From contig CAKKNE010000004.1 of NCBI GenBank assembly GCA_918797485.1, forward strand, positions 3,906,001 to 3,970,000: a stretch of DNA of 64,000 nucleotides. Reading direction: 5' to 3'. Positions within the stretch are counted from its first letter, which is position 1. Every line of letters begins with the position of its first letter. This document shows positions 39,812 to 49,674 of this stretch, piece after piece. The position numbers and the translations under genes are program-made. The stretch comes from Pelagomonas calceolata. Lineage: Eukaryota. Under the pieces are notes generated by a model that did no database searches, had not been told where the DNA came from, and worked only from the letters and a program-made list of their open reading frames with translations.

Positions 39812-40181
39812 GCAAATATGCGCTCGGAGATGCTCTTGCTGCAGAGAGAGCGTTGGTCCTGGGTGCACGAGAGCTGAGCGCACTGGCTTGGCTGGCTTCC
39901 ACTGCACTGCTGCGATGTTTTGACGGCGCGTGGTGCAGCTATCCGTGCGTACGGCGTCTGCAAGCCTTGCAAGGGTGGCCAGCAGCCGGGTTTTGCTCGG
40001 CGCCTGAAAAATACGCTGCGAGCGAGCTTAGCATCAAGCTGCGGCTCGGAAAATACCTCTCCGGTAGTGAATCGATCGCAAAAGAAGCGGCGCGTTTTGG
40101 TTTGATCTCTACGGAGAGCTACAAGCTCCGCAGCTAAATCGGGTAAAATACCGCCCCGCCGCTCGCGCGCGCGCGACACTG

Positions 40182-41366
40182 ATGACACTTCCTCTGATGA
40201 CACGTCCTAACTATCTGCTGACGCTATGCGCTGCCGCCGCTAGTTCCGCGACATCTCTCGCCGCGACGGGATTGGCCTCGAACCGCACGGCTCCGCAGAG
40301 GCGCCAACTGCGCAAAACCGCGGGCGAGCACATGGACGGCGTCAAGGCCTGGGTGCGCCAGAAGGCGAACAACGACGCGCCGGGACTCGTCGCCGAAATC
40401 CGAGAATTGCGAGCGACCGCCGGCGACTGCGATTTCGACGTGAAAAAATGCAAGCACCAGAACAACGGCTTGCCATGCGCTCCCTTGCGGGAAGGATGTA
40501 AGCGGCCCTGCGGCGCGTTTTCGGTGAAGTTATACGGCGCCGCCGGCGCAACCATTCGCGAGGGCGTGCTGATGCACCTGTGGGGCAGCAGCGAGGCGCC
40601 GGCGGGCGGCGCGGGACGCTTCGCCCCGAAGGACAACAAGTGGCGCACGTCGCAGCACGAGGGCAGCACGTTGGCGGATCCGCGCTGGCTCTCGAGCGCT
40701 CGGCACTACGCCAAACGTAACGCGTGGTTCGTGACGGTGCTGCGGGACCCGGTGCAGCGCGTCTGGAGCCGCTACTGGTACGACAAGGGCGGATCTATCA
40801 GCGAGGAGAAGTGGCTAGATGGTAACAAATGCGGCGGCGGCGGCCGGGGCGTGGGAAACCGATGCCTGTCGAACTACTACGTGCGAACGTTCCGCGGGTA
40901 CTCCTCCGCGGACACGTTCGGACCGGGCTACAGCAACGGCGTACCAGAAGGGGACTTGGCGAAGGCGCGGGATGTATTAGCTGGTGTGTTCGACGACGTC
41001 CTCATCTCGGAGTGGTTAAGCCACCCGGGGACACTCGAGCGGCTGGGCGAGAAGCTCTGCTTTACGCCAACTATGCGCAAGTTCCCCCGAGCTAAACGCC
41101 AAAACAAAAAGGCGACGACGGACGAGATCCTGTCGCCGTCCTTCCTCGCCAAGAGGGCGCCGGGCGGCAAGTCGGATAAAAAGCCGGCGGACTGGCAGCC
41201 TTCGGCAGGATCCCAGGAGCGCGTCCGGTACATGAATGGTTTGGACGTGGACCTCTACGCGTGGGCGGCGGCGCGCGAGCTCGAGCGCTTGAAGGCGACC
41301 GCGGCGGCGGCGTCCGAGGGGCTGCCCGTGCCGGGGGAGACGTGGGCTGGCGTGGAGGACTTCTGA
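40182..41366 (+). CDS. Secreted/Golgi sulfotransferase-like protein
   Basis: Signal peptide; FVTVLRDPVQRVWSRYWY, NYYVR, NGLDVDLY; the 5'-PSB motif is not clearly recognisable. Confidence 0.65.
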   Translation: MTLPLMTRPNYLLTLCAAAASSATSLAATGLASNRTAPQRRQLRKTAGEHMDGVKAWVRQKANNDAPGLVAEIRELRATAGDCDFDVKKCKHQNNGLPCAPLREGCKRPCGAFSVKLYGAAGATIREGVLMHLWGSSEAPAGGAGRFAPKDNKWRTSQHEGSTLADPRWLSSARHYAKRNAWFVTVLRDPVQRVWSRYWYDKGGSISEEKWLDGNKCGGGGRGVGNRCLSNYYVRTFRGYSSADTFGPGYSNGVPEGDLAKARDVLAGVFDDVLISEWLSHPGTLERLGEKLCFTPTMRKFPRAKRQNKKATTDEILSPSFLAKRAPGGKSDKKPADWQPSAGSQERVRYMNGLDVDLYAWAAARELERLKATAAAASEGLPVPGETWAGVEDF

Positions 41367-41419
41367 TTTGGTTCCCTGTTAAGAGTGTTGAGTGTGTATG
41401 CTCCGAGTCGCAGGAACAC

Positions 41420-42108
41420 TTACCCCGGGCAGCCGGTCTGCCGCACGTCGCGGAGGGCGTCGAGGTCGAAACCCATGGTCTTGAGCTTGCCGCGGACGGT
41501 CTGCACGATGCTCTCGGACCGGGCTTGCGCGCGCGTGAAGATCCAGAGCCCCGAGTTCGTGTGGCCGGTGCCCGTGCGGCAGCCGCCGGGGGCCGCCTCC
41601 GTCGGGGGACCGCCGCCAACCGCGGCATAGCCCTTAGACTCGTCGTACAAGTAGACCCAGTACCTGTGCGAGACGACACTATCGACGCGACGTCGTCGCG
41701 AAGACGCAGTTGCTACGGTCCAGCGAGCGCCTCGGGCAGAAAACACTGGCCCACGGAGAGCTTGCCCGCGGGCGCATCGACGACACCAACGCAGGGATGC
41801 AGGTCCATCGTCGACGCGTTACCCGGGATCTGGTCGATATGGTTGTGCGCCTTGATCGTGAACCCCCAGGGGGACGTTTCTTCTATCTTTTTGTACTTGG
41901 CCCACTGGCATTGGAAGAGATTCGCCGGTTCTAAGGCGCACTCCATCTGTTGCTGCACGTACCACCGAGCGCCGATGAAGGTGTCGAGGTCGAAGTCGCG
42001 GCTGCGCTCAAATTGAATCGTAAAGTTTCGCGGCGGACACGTCGGCGTGCTGATCGCCTTGACGGCTGTCGGGCATACTGCTAACAGGGCGAGCACTGGC
42101 AGGTGCAT
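41420..42108 (-). CDS. Secreted lipocalin-like protein
   Basis: Exons 42108-41717 and 41663-41420 (53-nt GT-AG intron); FDLDTFIGARWY, GPYWV, GLWIFTR. Confidence 0.8.
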
Positions 42109-42425
42109 CTCTCAGCCAGTGACTCTTTTACAACTTTTTGGGGCCAATTATGGTGCCTCCGTGGATGCACGCGCTGAAGTGAAGCTGTCTTATGCTTTTG
42201 GGTCTTTGCGCGTTCAGAACCGAGGTCCTACTAGCGAGATTACTCTCAACAAGCCATTGCAAAAACTGCCCTGAACCTGATTTGTCATTTGGGCCGCGAG
42301 GCCGTGCTTCATGCTACAATCACGCCGTTTCGCGAGTGATTTACCTTGTATTTACCCTGGGTATATCGTTCACTTACGTCCGCCGCGCCTACAGGATAAC
42401 CCCCAGCACCCAGTGGACAATCACT

Positions 42426-42901
42426 ATGGCACGCAGAGATAACGACATCTCCGACGCTGTCATTTCTGCGCTGAACACGGCGGCGCACGTCGCCGACCTC
42501 GTGACGCTCGCGAGCAACGCCGACGAAAAGGCGTTCGAGGGTTTCTATACCGATCCCGAGAACCACCCCGGCGGATCGCGCAAGATAACGGTCGACGATG
42601 GGACGATCGGCGTCTTCAGACAAGCCTGGATCGACGGCGGCGGCGGCGAGGGCGAGCCCGCGAGCTACACGCTACCTGCCCTCGTCAAGGGTGACCGCAT
42701 TATCGCACGGCTCCCGGCGTCCAAGAGGTTACCACCGACGTGGCTCACGGACGTTAACACCGCGCGCAGGCCGACTTCTCGGTGCCGCCCAAGAACGCAC
42801 CCGCGAGATATGCAGCTTTCAAAGGCAAGCGCACGGAGCAGGGCATCGAGTGGGAGGACGGCAACGTCTGGCCCTGTGGAGGCCACAAGCACCAGGACTA
42901 G
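42426..42901 (+). CDS. Small hypothetical protein (YTDPxNHPGG...DFS...WEDGNVW)
   Basis: Exons 42426-42704 and 42770-42901 joined across a predicted 65-nt GC-AG intron; the downstream frame reads ADFSVPPK...GIEWEDGNVW. Confidence 0.7.
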
Positions 42902-42930
42902 TAGATAAAACTCCTTATTAATAGTCACCT

Positions 42931-45384
42931 CTACCGCCGCGACCGGAATAGGTCGTTCATCGGCGCCCTCCTTGGATCTTCCACGTCCCAGACCTCGTCG
43001 TCGGCGTTGTCCGTGTCGGCCGTCATCTTGGAACGCACGACGAAGCACCGCTGCGCGCTGATATCCAGGTCGCGCTGCGTCCCCTCGGGCACCAACATCC
43101 AACGCGTCCGGCCCGCGCGCTTCCCCCTATCAAAGGTCCCGCGCGCCACGAGCTTGACGAGGCGGCACCACGCGCAGTCCGGGACGTACTGGTGCACGAA
43201 GTAGTAGTCCGGCGTTTTGTTGTCCTCCACCACCACAATCTGCTCGTAGAGTTTTTTGGTGCGCTCGTAGCGATGCTTCGCCGCTGCCACTAGTCGATCG
43301 TTCGCCTGGGCCGAAGCGAGATTAGCTTCCAAGTTCCTCGCGCGCCTTTCCACAGGCGCCGGCGGCGATTTCGCAGCTAACAATTTAGAACGCTTCTGGC
43401 GTATGGAGTTAAGCCACTCGGCATCGTTCAAGGACGGCACTGGTGCCTGAGCGACGATGTCGTGCTCGTAACGACTTTTCGCGTCGTCGTAAGCTCGAGA
43501 CGCCAGCTCCTTGTCCTCAAAGTACCCGAGGTAGCACGAGTTGCCGCCCGTTAGAAACTTCGCGGCCACGCCTCGACCCCTAGGGACCACTCCTCTAGGC
43601 CAGTCCGGGAGCCACGTCTCTGAACGCTGTAGCCTTCGTGCAACAATGTCCTCATCGTCTTCTTGGTGATCGGACGCACCGGACGCGCGCCGTTCCAACC
43701 AGCCCCGCAAGCCACTCTTGCGTTCTTCCCCCCGCCGCTTTTTGAGATCCAGCGCCATCAGGTAGCACGGGTACTGGTCTTCGACATTGGTATCAGGGAA
43801 GGACCACACGCAGAGCCCCATGACGTCTTCATCTTCATCTGCCGCGTCTGCTAATTCTTGTGAAGTATACTTCTTTGAGTGACCGTCGAAGGTGGCTAAG
43901 TCAGGATGCTTCTCGCGCCACCTTTCTATAACTCTCGCACACCGATCCCTATACAACAAAGCCGCGGCGTGCCAGGGGTTCCCTTCCGGATTGTAAGTGG
44001 TACAGTTGCGCCACACGAGGTCGTGGTCCTGCACAAACTCCCTCAATGAGTTATAGTCACCGGCAATCAACTTCGTCCTTAGTAGTGAATGGTCCATGGG
44101 CTCTTTTATAATCTCGAGGTAGTCCGTAACTAGTGACGTATCAACCGCATTTTGAAATACTTTATTGACGTCCTGCTTGCCCAGGTCTCTCAGTAGCTGC
44201 CTTAGATTTTTTCTCAGTCGATACACCTTGGACGCGTGCGACTCCTTGCCTTCTTCCGGTGCATGGATGGTGCAGTTCGTCGAGGTAGCGTGCTGCGCCA
44301 CGACGCCCACGCGTGTAAACCCTAGAGCTTCGTAAAAGGGGATACCCATCTCCGTCGCTTGCAATACGACGTACTCGTACTCTCGCGGTAACTCATCTAG
44401 AGCTATGGATAAAACAGCAGCACCTCCCCCAAGGCCACCCAACAAGCTAATCTCCGCAACGGTCGGAAAGACTACTCCTTCATTATCAGGATCGCCCCTT
44501 CTAGGTTGGGCTTCCAATGCTGCACCGAGCACATTATCGACATCAACGGCCCTATCCCTCACATCATCCGCCGTGATACCCGACGCCGCCGCATGAGAAT
44601 CGAACCTGAGGTAGGGCGCCCACGTCGTAAAAGTAGTAACCGTAACGAAACCCTGCAACCACCCCTCATTACTTGTACGTAACTGGTACCCCCACAGCGG
44701 GTCGTCGACATCCAAGCGATCACATAAATACTCGAGCATGAGCGGCTTCGGGTCGTGCTTCGTCGCCGGCTTGGGCTCGTTCAGGCGTGCCTGGCACCTA
44801 AATGCAGCTTCACCACATAAGGCTACGAGCTCCGGTAAATCCTGCGCCCACTTCTGGCGGTCGTCCACTCTTTGTAAGATAGAACCTTCTAAGTCGCGAG
44901 ACGCCTTCGGTATCAACTCGACGTCGTAAGGCACGGGTTTTAACGGCGCCTTCACCCGCCGCGCGCACATCATCGCCAGATCATCATCCTTCACGTGTTC
45001 CGTCGGCGCGCTTAGTAATGAAGACCTTCTTCTCGCTCGGCTCGACCTTCTTAACCCTTCGTCGTCATCCTCATCATTCCTGGGCCGTGTGGTCATCCCG
45101 TGCGACGACCGCCGCCGCAGCATCGGCGACGCGCCGTCGGGCGCCCAGGCGTCGTCGTCATCGTCACTCTGAGGCGTCTCGGAGATGCGCCGTCGCGCTC
45201 GCTTCGGCGGCGGCGGGCTCGTCTGCACGGGGGAGGCCTCGTCGGTGGACGCGGAGACCCTCGTCGGCGGCTCGTCCCGTTTCTTGGGCGAGCGGTTCGT
45301 TTTACTGATGAGGGCGGCGCGCGGCGGCGTCGGCGGCTTCCTCCTCTTGGTAAAGAAGTCGGTGATGGAGCGCTGCTGCGACAT
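42931..45384 (-). CDS. GNAT-acetyltransferase/bromodomain/AP2-like chromatin protein
   Basis: VVLQATEMGIPFYEALGF (GNAT); DYLEIIKEPMD...NCTTYN (bromodomain); RGV...YLGYFEDKELASRAYD (AP2-like). Confidence 0.85.
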   Translation of the reverse strand: MSQQRSITDFFTKRRKPPTPPRAALISKTNRSPKKRDEPPTRVSASTDEASPVQTSPPPPKRARRRISETPQSDDDDDAWAPDGASPMLRRRSSHGMTTRPRNDEDDDEGLRRSSRARRRSSLLSAPTEHVKDDDLAMMCARRVKAPLKPVPYDVELIPKASRDLEGSILQRVDDRQKWAQDLPELVALCGEAAFRCQARLNEPKPATKHDPKPLMLEYLCDRLDVDDPLWGYQLRTSNEGWLQGFVTVTTFTTWAPYLRFDSHAAASGITADDVRDRAVDVDNVLGAALEAQPRRGDPDNEGVVFPTVAEISLLGGLGGGAAVLSIALDELPREYEYVVLQATEMGIPFYEALGFTRVGVVAQHATSTNCTIHAPEEGKESHASKVYRLRKNLRQLLRDLGKQDVNKVFQNAVDTSLVTDYLEIIKEPMDHSLLRTKLIAGDYNSLREFVQDHDLVWRNCTTYNPEGNPWHAAALLYRDRCARVIERWREKHPDLATFDGHSKKYTSQELADAADEDEDVMGLCVWSFPDTNVEDQYPCYLMALDLKKRRGEERKSGLRGWLERRASGASDHQEDDEDIVARRLQRSETWLPDWPRGVVPRGRGVAAKFLTGGNSCYLGYFEDKELASRAYDDAKSRYEHDIVAQAPVPSLNDAEWLNSIRQKRSKLLAAKSPPAPVERRARNLEANLASAQANDRLVAAAKHRYERTKKLYEQIVVVEDNKTPDYYFVHQYVPDCAWCRLVKLVARGTFDRGKRAGRTRWMLVPEGTQRDLDISAQRCFVVRSKMTADTDNADDEVWDVEDPRRAPMNDLFRSRR

Positions 45385-45857
45385 TTGCGTTACGCGGTGC
45401 TAACGCGCGCGAGAGCGTTTCAGTAAAGGGGCGGTTTACTCGTTCCAGCGGATCACCTCGTCGACTGGATAGTCCGGTGAATGCGCAAGCGACGGCAACG
45501 AGTCTGATCGGCGCTGCGTGGGCGGCTAGAAGGGCCCAAGTGCAGCCTGGCCAAAGGAGGTCCAAACTCAGTCCGTGCGCGGCCTAATTGAGCAGCTCTT
45601 CGCGCTGAGACTACGTCGCAGATCGGGCTCAAGCGCTGATGCAGCCAGATCGTGCCCGCGCGGCCCCGCCGCCGCGGTCATTCAAACTGAGCGCCTCGAC
45701 GCCGCGGACATCTCCGCCGATTCGGGACGCCTCGGGACGCTCCCATTCGATGTTTCTGATGACTACAGCACGCTTGGGTGCAGTACGAAAAACCGCGCCG
45801 TTAGCACGAAACGCGCGCGGGCGCGCCGGACATCCAGCACCTAGAACGTAGACAGAC

Positions 45858-46454
45858 TTACCCCCCGCCCCGCGCCGACGGCAGCAGGTGCCGAGGCGTC
45901 GGCGCCAGCGAAAACCCCGGCCGCGCCTTATCCTTGTGTGGTTCGAGGAACACGCGCCCGTCGTACTGGACCTTGTGGTACCGCGTTTCTTTTAACGGAG
46001 GATGTTCCGTCGGCTGGAAGAACTCCGGCGCGGTCAGCGACACGCCGCCGCGGTCGGGGGACAGCTGGTGCGGCAATCTTGACGGAGACGCCTCCTGGTG
46101 CTCCTCGTAGTGGGTCCCGCGCTCCGGCGAGATCTGGAACCCGTCGGGCGCATCATACGAAACGGTCGTCGGGTGCATTTGTCGCCCGTAGCCCTTAGTG
46201 GCCTTATAAGGGGCGTCGAACGGCGTATCCGAGACGCGCAGCCAGCGCGGCTCGAGGATGTCGGGGTCGGCGTAGTTCCGCGCCTCCCGCACGACCCTCG
46301 ACTCCGTCGTCGCCGCCGTTCGCCCGCTGACGGGCGCCGTCGACGTCGCGTCGTCATCTCTTGGCGTCGGCCCGGGCAGCACGGGCGGCCGCCGCTGGAC
46401 GGGCGAGATGAGGGACTTCATGCGGTCCTCGCGGCGCGTGAAATGGCGTGGCAT
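45858..46454 (-). CDS. Hypothetical protein
   Basis: ATG-started ORF with host-like codon use, divergent from the next gene. Confidence 0.5.
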   Translation of the reverse strand: MPRHFTRREDRMKSLISPVQRRPPVLPGPTPRDDDATSTAPVSGRTAATTESRVVREARNYADPDILEPRWLRVSDTPFDAPYKATKGYGRQMHPTTVSYDAPDGFQISPERGTHYEEHQEASPSRLPHQLSPDRGGVSLTAPEFFQPTEHPPLKETRYHKVQYDGRVFLEPHKDKARPGFSLAPTPRHLLPSARGGG

Positions 46455-46886
46455 GTCCTTTTGCCTGCTCAAGTGAAGGGGCTGCCCTTTCACTGGTTGC
46501 TTGCTTACACAGTGGAGTGAGGCTCAGAGAGCGTTGCACAAGGCGCTCTCCTCTCCGCGGCGCTGTTTGAGCAAACCGGAACTATGCTTCCAAGGCCCCA
46601 GGCAGGGATGCTTTGAAAGGTCCCCGGAGACGTCCAAGAAAACCCGCGCAGTAAAGCTTGCTAGTGCCTTTCCTAAAAGTTCAGGCCGCTAGCTCCTGAA
46701 GCGCTCTGCTTGCTCCTGTAGCCAACACGCAGTAGTTAGCTGAGCAGGGATCGCTACTGGACACGTACAGTGCAGCACGAACTGACCGCATATCGATTTC
46801 TAGCGGTAAAAGCGGACGCGCAGCCTTTGTAGAGAGAGCACTCTCGCAGAGCGCGGCAAGCCATCGCAGCGGTGTGCCATCGATCG

Positions 46887-47885
46887 ATGCGACGCATCCG
46901 CAGCACGCTCCTCATGGCCTCGCAGCATCTCAGCAGCGCCGTGCAGTGGTCCACGGCACAAAAGGCCGTCCAGAGGCTCGTGCCGCCCCTCAGCTTTGAC
47001 AGCCGCAAGGGCCAGAACGGCCGCATCGGGGTATTAGGAGGCAGCTACGAGTACACGGGCGCGCCGTATTATGCCGCCCAGTCGGCCCTGCAGGCGGGCG
47101 CCGACCTCGCGTACGTCTTCTGCGCGGACGGCGCGGCGCCGGCCATCAAATCCTACTCGCCGGAGCTGATCGTTTTACCTTGCTATAAAACTGCCAATAT
47201 GCACGACCAGCAGGCAACATCAATGGCGATGCAGGAGGTCCGGCCGTGGCTTGCGAGGTTGGATTGTTGCGTGATTGGGCCTGGGCTCGGGCGGGACGAA
47301 GGTGTTTTGAAAGGAGTCGCCGACATTATGAATGCCGCGGAGGTCCGATCCACATCTACGATCGTCGACGCCGACGGCCTGTTCCTCGTGGCGCAGAATC
47401 CGGAATTAGTAGAGGGCCGCACCGACTGCGTGCTCACGCCGAACAGGCGAGAACTAGAACGCCTCGCGGCGCGTTTGAACGTTGCGGCGGAGGCGGCCGA
47501 CGTCGCGGCGCAGGTCGCCCGGAAACTGGGCAACGTCGTCGTCGTCGCCAAGGGGCAGCGCGACGTGATCACCGACGGCACCGACGTTCTGGTTTGCGAC
47601 GAGCCCGGCGCGCCGAAGCGCTGCGGCGGCCTCGGCGACGTCCTCTGCGGCGCGCTCGCGCCGCTGGCGGCGCAGGCGGCGCGCGCCGATCAGAGCGACG
47701 CGGCGTTTGTTGGAAGACGGCCGCTCCTCTGGGCGTGCTACGGCGCGTGCGTCGCGAGCCGGCGCGCCGCGGCCGCGGCCTTCGCGCGCAAGAGGCGCGC
47801 GATGACGGCGCCCGACGCGCTCGCGGAAATTGGAGGTGCGTGCGAGAGCGTCGCGCCGACTACTGTTGTTGAGCCGCCCTCTTAA
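46887..47885 (+). CDS. NAXD: ATP-dependent (S)-NAD(P)H-hydrate dehydratase
   Basis: KGQNGRIGVLGGSYEYTGAPYY, IKSYSPELIV, GPGLGR, DADG, LTPN, KRCGGLGDVLCG. Confidence 0.93.
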   Translation: MRRIRSTLLMASQHLSSAVQWSTAQKAVQRLVPPLSFDSRKGQNGRIGVLGGSYEYTGAPYYAAQSALQAGADLAYVFCADGAAPAIKSYSPELIVLPCYKTANMHDQQATSMAMQEVRPWLARLDCCVIGPGLGRDEGVLKGVADIMNAAEVRSTSTIVDADGLFLVAQNPELVEGRTDCVLTPNRRELERLAARLNVAAEAADVAAQVARKLGNVVVVAKGQRDVITDGTDVLVCDEPGAPKRCGGLGDVLCGALAPLAAQAARADQSDAAFVGRRPLLWACYGACVASRRAAAAAFARKRRAMTAPDALAEIGGACESVAPTTVVEPPS

Positions 47886-47912
47886 AACCATTAGCATTAC
47901 TACTTACCTTCG

Positions 47913-49187
47913 TTACTTCCTTCGTTTCCGACGTTTCGGGACGTTGAGGTGGAAGGCGCGCAGCGCCCGTTCATGATGGTGGACCGCGTATCTGTCGAAG
48001 TCGAGGTCGAGGTCGCTAATCGTGCTGCCGTCCCTTAGTTGCCTGCCACCGAACATGAGGCGTCGCTGGTCCGGCTTTGGGATACCCTCCTTGTCCTGAA
48101 TCATCTGCTTCACGTTGTCGATCGTATCGGTTGGCTTGACATCGAGCGTGATTGTCTTTGCGATGTTCTTGCCGGCGATGTTTACGAAGATCTGCACGCC
48201 CTTGGTCGCGACGAGCTCTGCACGCATCGCGGCCGCCGCAGCATCCGAGCGCTCCATCGCAGCCGCCGCGGGCGCCTCGTACTTGGCTTTAGCGGCGCGA
48301 AGCGACTCCAATAGATCCTCCGGAGTCCGCGCCAGCGCTATTAGGCTGATTTCAGCGGTGTTGTAATAGGACGAAGAGTCGCCGGTCGACACCTCTGTCT
48401 GGTGAGCGCTCACGATTCTCGCGCGGTAGAGCCCGGGCGTCGTCGGCTTACATAGGACCTTCCAGAAGCAGGGCCCCAGGAGGCCGATGCTGAGGGCGTA
48501 GGAGAGCGGGTCGGGGTGCGCCGGCGGCGTACTACAGATGTAGCAGGTCTTGTCTTCGGCGTAGCGTCGCACTTCTATCTTGTCGACGTCGAACCCATCC
48601 CAGGCGATGGCGTTGACGTCACGTAGCCAGTGGCTCCGATCGCTGCCGTGGTCGTCGCGTTCGGGCCGCATCTCTCGGCGGCCTACGACGCCCTTATCCG
48701 TCACGATCAGCGTGTGCTCCGCCCAGGGCGGAAAGTCCATATCCACGTGTGGGGCCCAGCAGGCGTACCGAACGTGGGGGCAGATCGTGCAGGGGAACAA
48801 CATGATATAGTGCGCCGCCCACGGTAGAACGCACGGCGATAACATCACGCAGAACGAGTTCTCGACGGTTAGCGTTCCCGGGTTGCCGTTGCACACGTGC
48901 ACCCGTCGCTTGGCGGCGTTTGCAGCGTCGAAGAGCGATCGATCCAGCGCAAACACGTCTACCACTGCATCCGTCGGCGTGACTGGACTCGTGCGGAGTT
49001 GCTCCCGGTCGTCCGGTCCCATTTGCGGCGCGCGAATATATTCAACGCCCGGGGGCAGCGAAAGGAGCGCCGGGTGGCCGACGGAATCGCCGCCAGACAC
49101 CACCGTACCTGCGACCACGGCGTCGCCGCCCAGTGGGGCAGCCACCGCCGTGCCCTCGACGACCACTTCTGGAGCCACACTCGCCAT
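47913..49187 (-). CDS. Cys-rich protein with C-terminal ubiquitin domain
   Basis: QIFV...[42 protein letters not shown]; no terminal GG. Confidence 0.75.
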   Translation of the reverse strand: MASVAPEVVVEGTAVAAPLGGDAVVAGTVVSGGDSVGHPALLSLPPGVEYIRAPQMGPDDREQLRTSPVTPTDAVVDVFALDRSLFDAANAAKRRVHVCNGNPGTLTVENSFCVMLSPCVLPWAAHYIMLFPCTICPHVRYACWAPHVDMDFPPWAEHTLIVTDKGVVGRREMRPERDDHGSDRSHWLRDVNAIAWDGFDVDKIEVRRYAEDKTCYICSTPPAHPDPLSYALSIGLLGPCFWKVLCKPTTPGLYRARIVSAHQTEVSTGDSSSYYNTAEISLIALARTPEDLLESLRAAKAKYEAPAAAAMERSDAAAAAMRAELVATKGVQIFVNIAGKNIAKTITLDVKPTDTIDNVKQMIQDKEGIPKPDQRRLMFGGRQLRDGSTISDLDLDFDRYAVHHHERALRAFHLNVPKRRKRRK

Positions 49188-49310
49188 GACTGAGAGCTGC
49201 CCAGGGCTTTATCTGGGGGTGGTTCTACTGGATATTTCTTAGCATACGCACGGCAGCAGCTCGGATTGAGTGTAGCCCAGTCAGGCTCTGAGAGCACACC
49301 CTGGGATTGC

Positions 49311-49332
49311 CTAGTGTCTTACAGGCCGCTAG
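49311..49332. promoter_or_regulatory. Putative CTAG-dyad upstream motif
   Basis: CTAGTGTCTTAC-N6-CTAG between divergent genes. Confidence 0.55.
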
Positions 49333-49674
49333 CCGCGGGAGCCCTGGTAGCCGCACCCCGGGGCGACACACCCCCTCAAACTGCCTCATAACCGCTCACT
49401 CATCGCCTCTCCGCTAGGGAGCTAGTGTTATGGACACACTAGCCTGGGCTAGTTGGCTTGCGGTGGTGTCAAAAGACAGCTGACGAGCGCCGTTCCTTGC
49501 ACCAATTGCAGCAGCACTCCTCCATCGTGCCCCCGTAGCACCTCTTTGCCATCCAAGATCTCGCTTGCCGTGGTTGCAAAAAAACACCGCTGACGGCCAC
49601 TTGCAGCACTCCCCCATCAGTTCGAGACAACCCCATCCTTGCACTCCAATCTTCCGCAACATAACAACTCAAAA

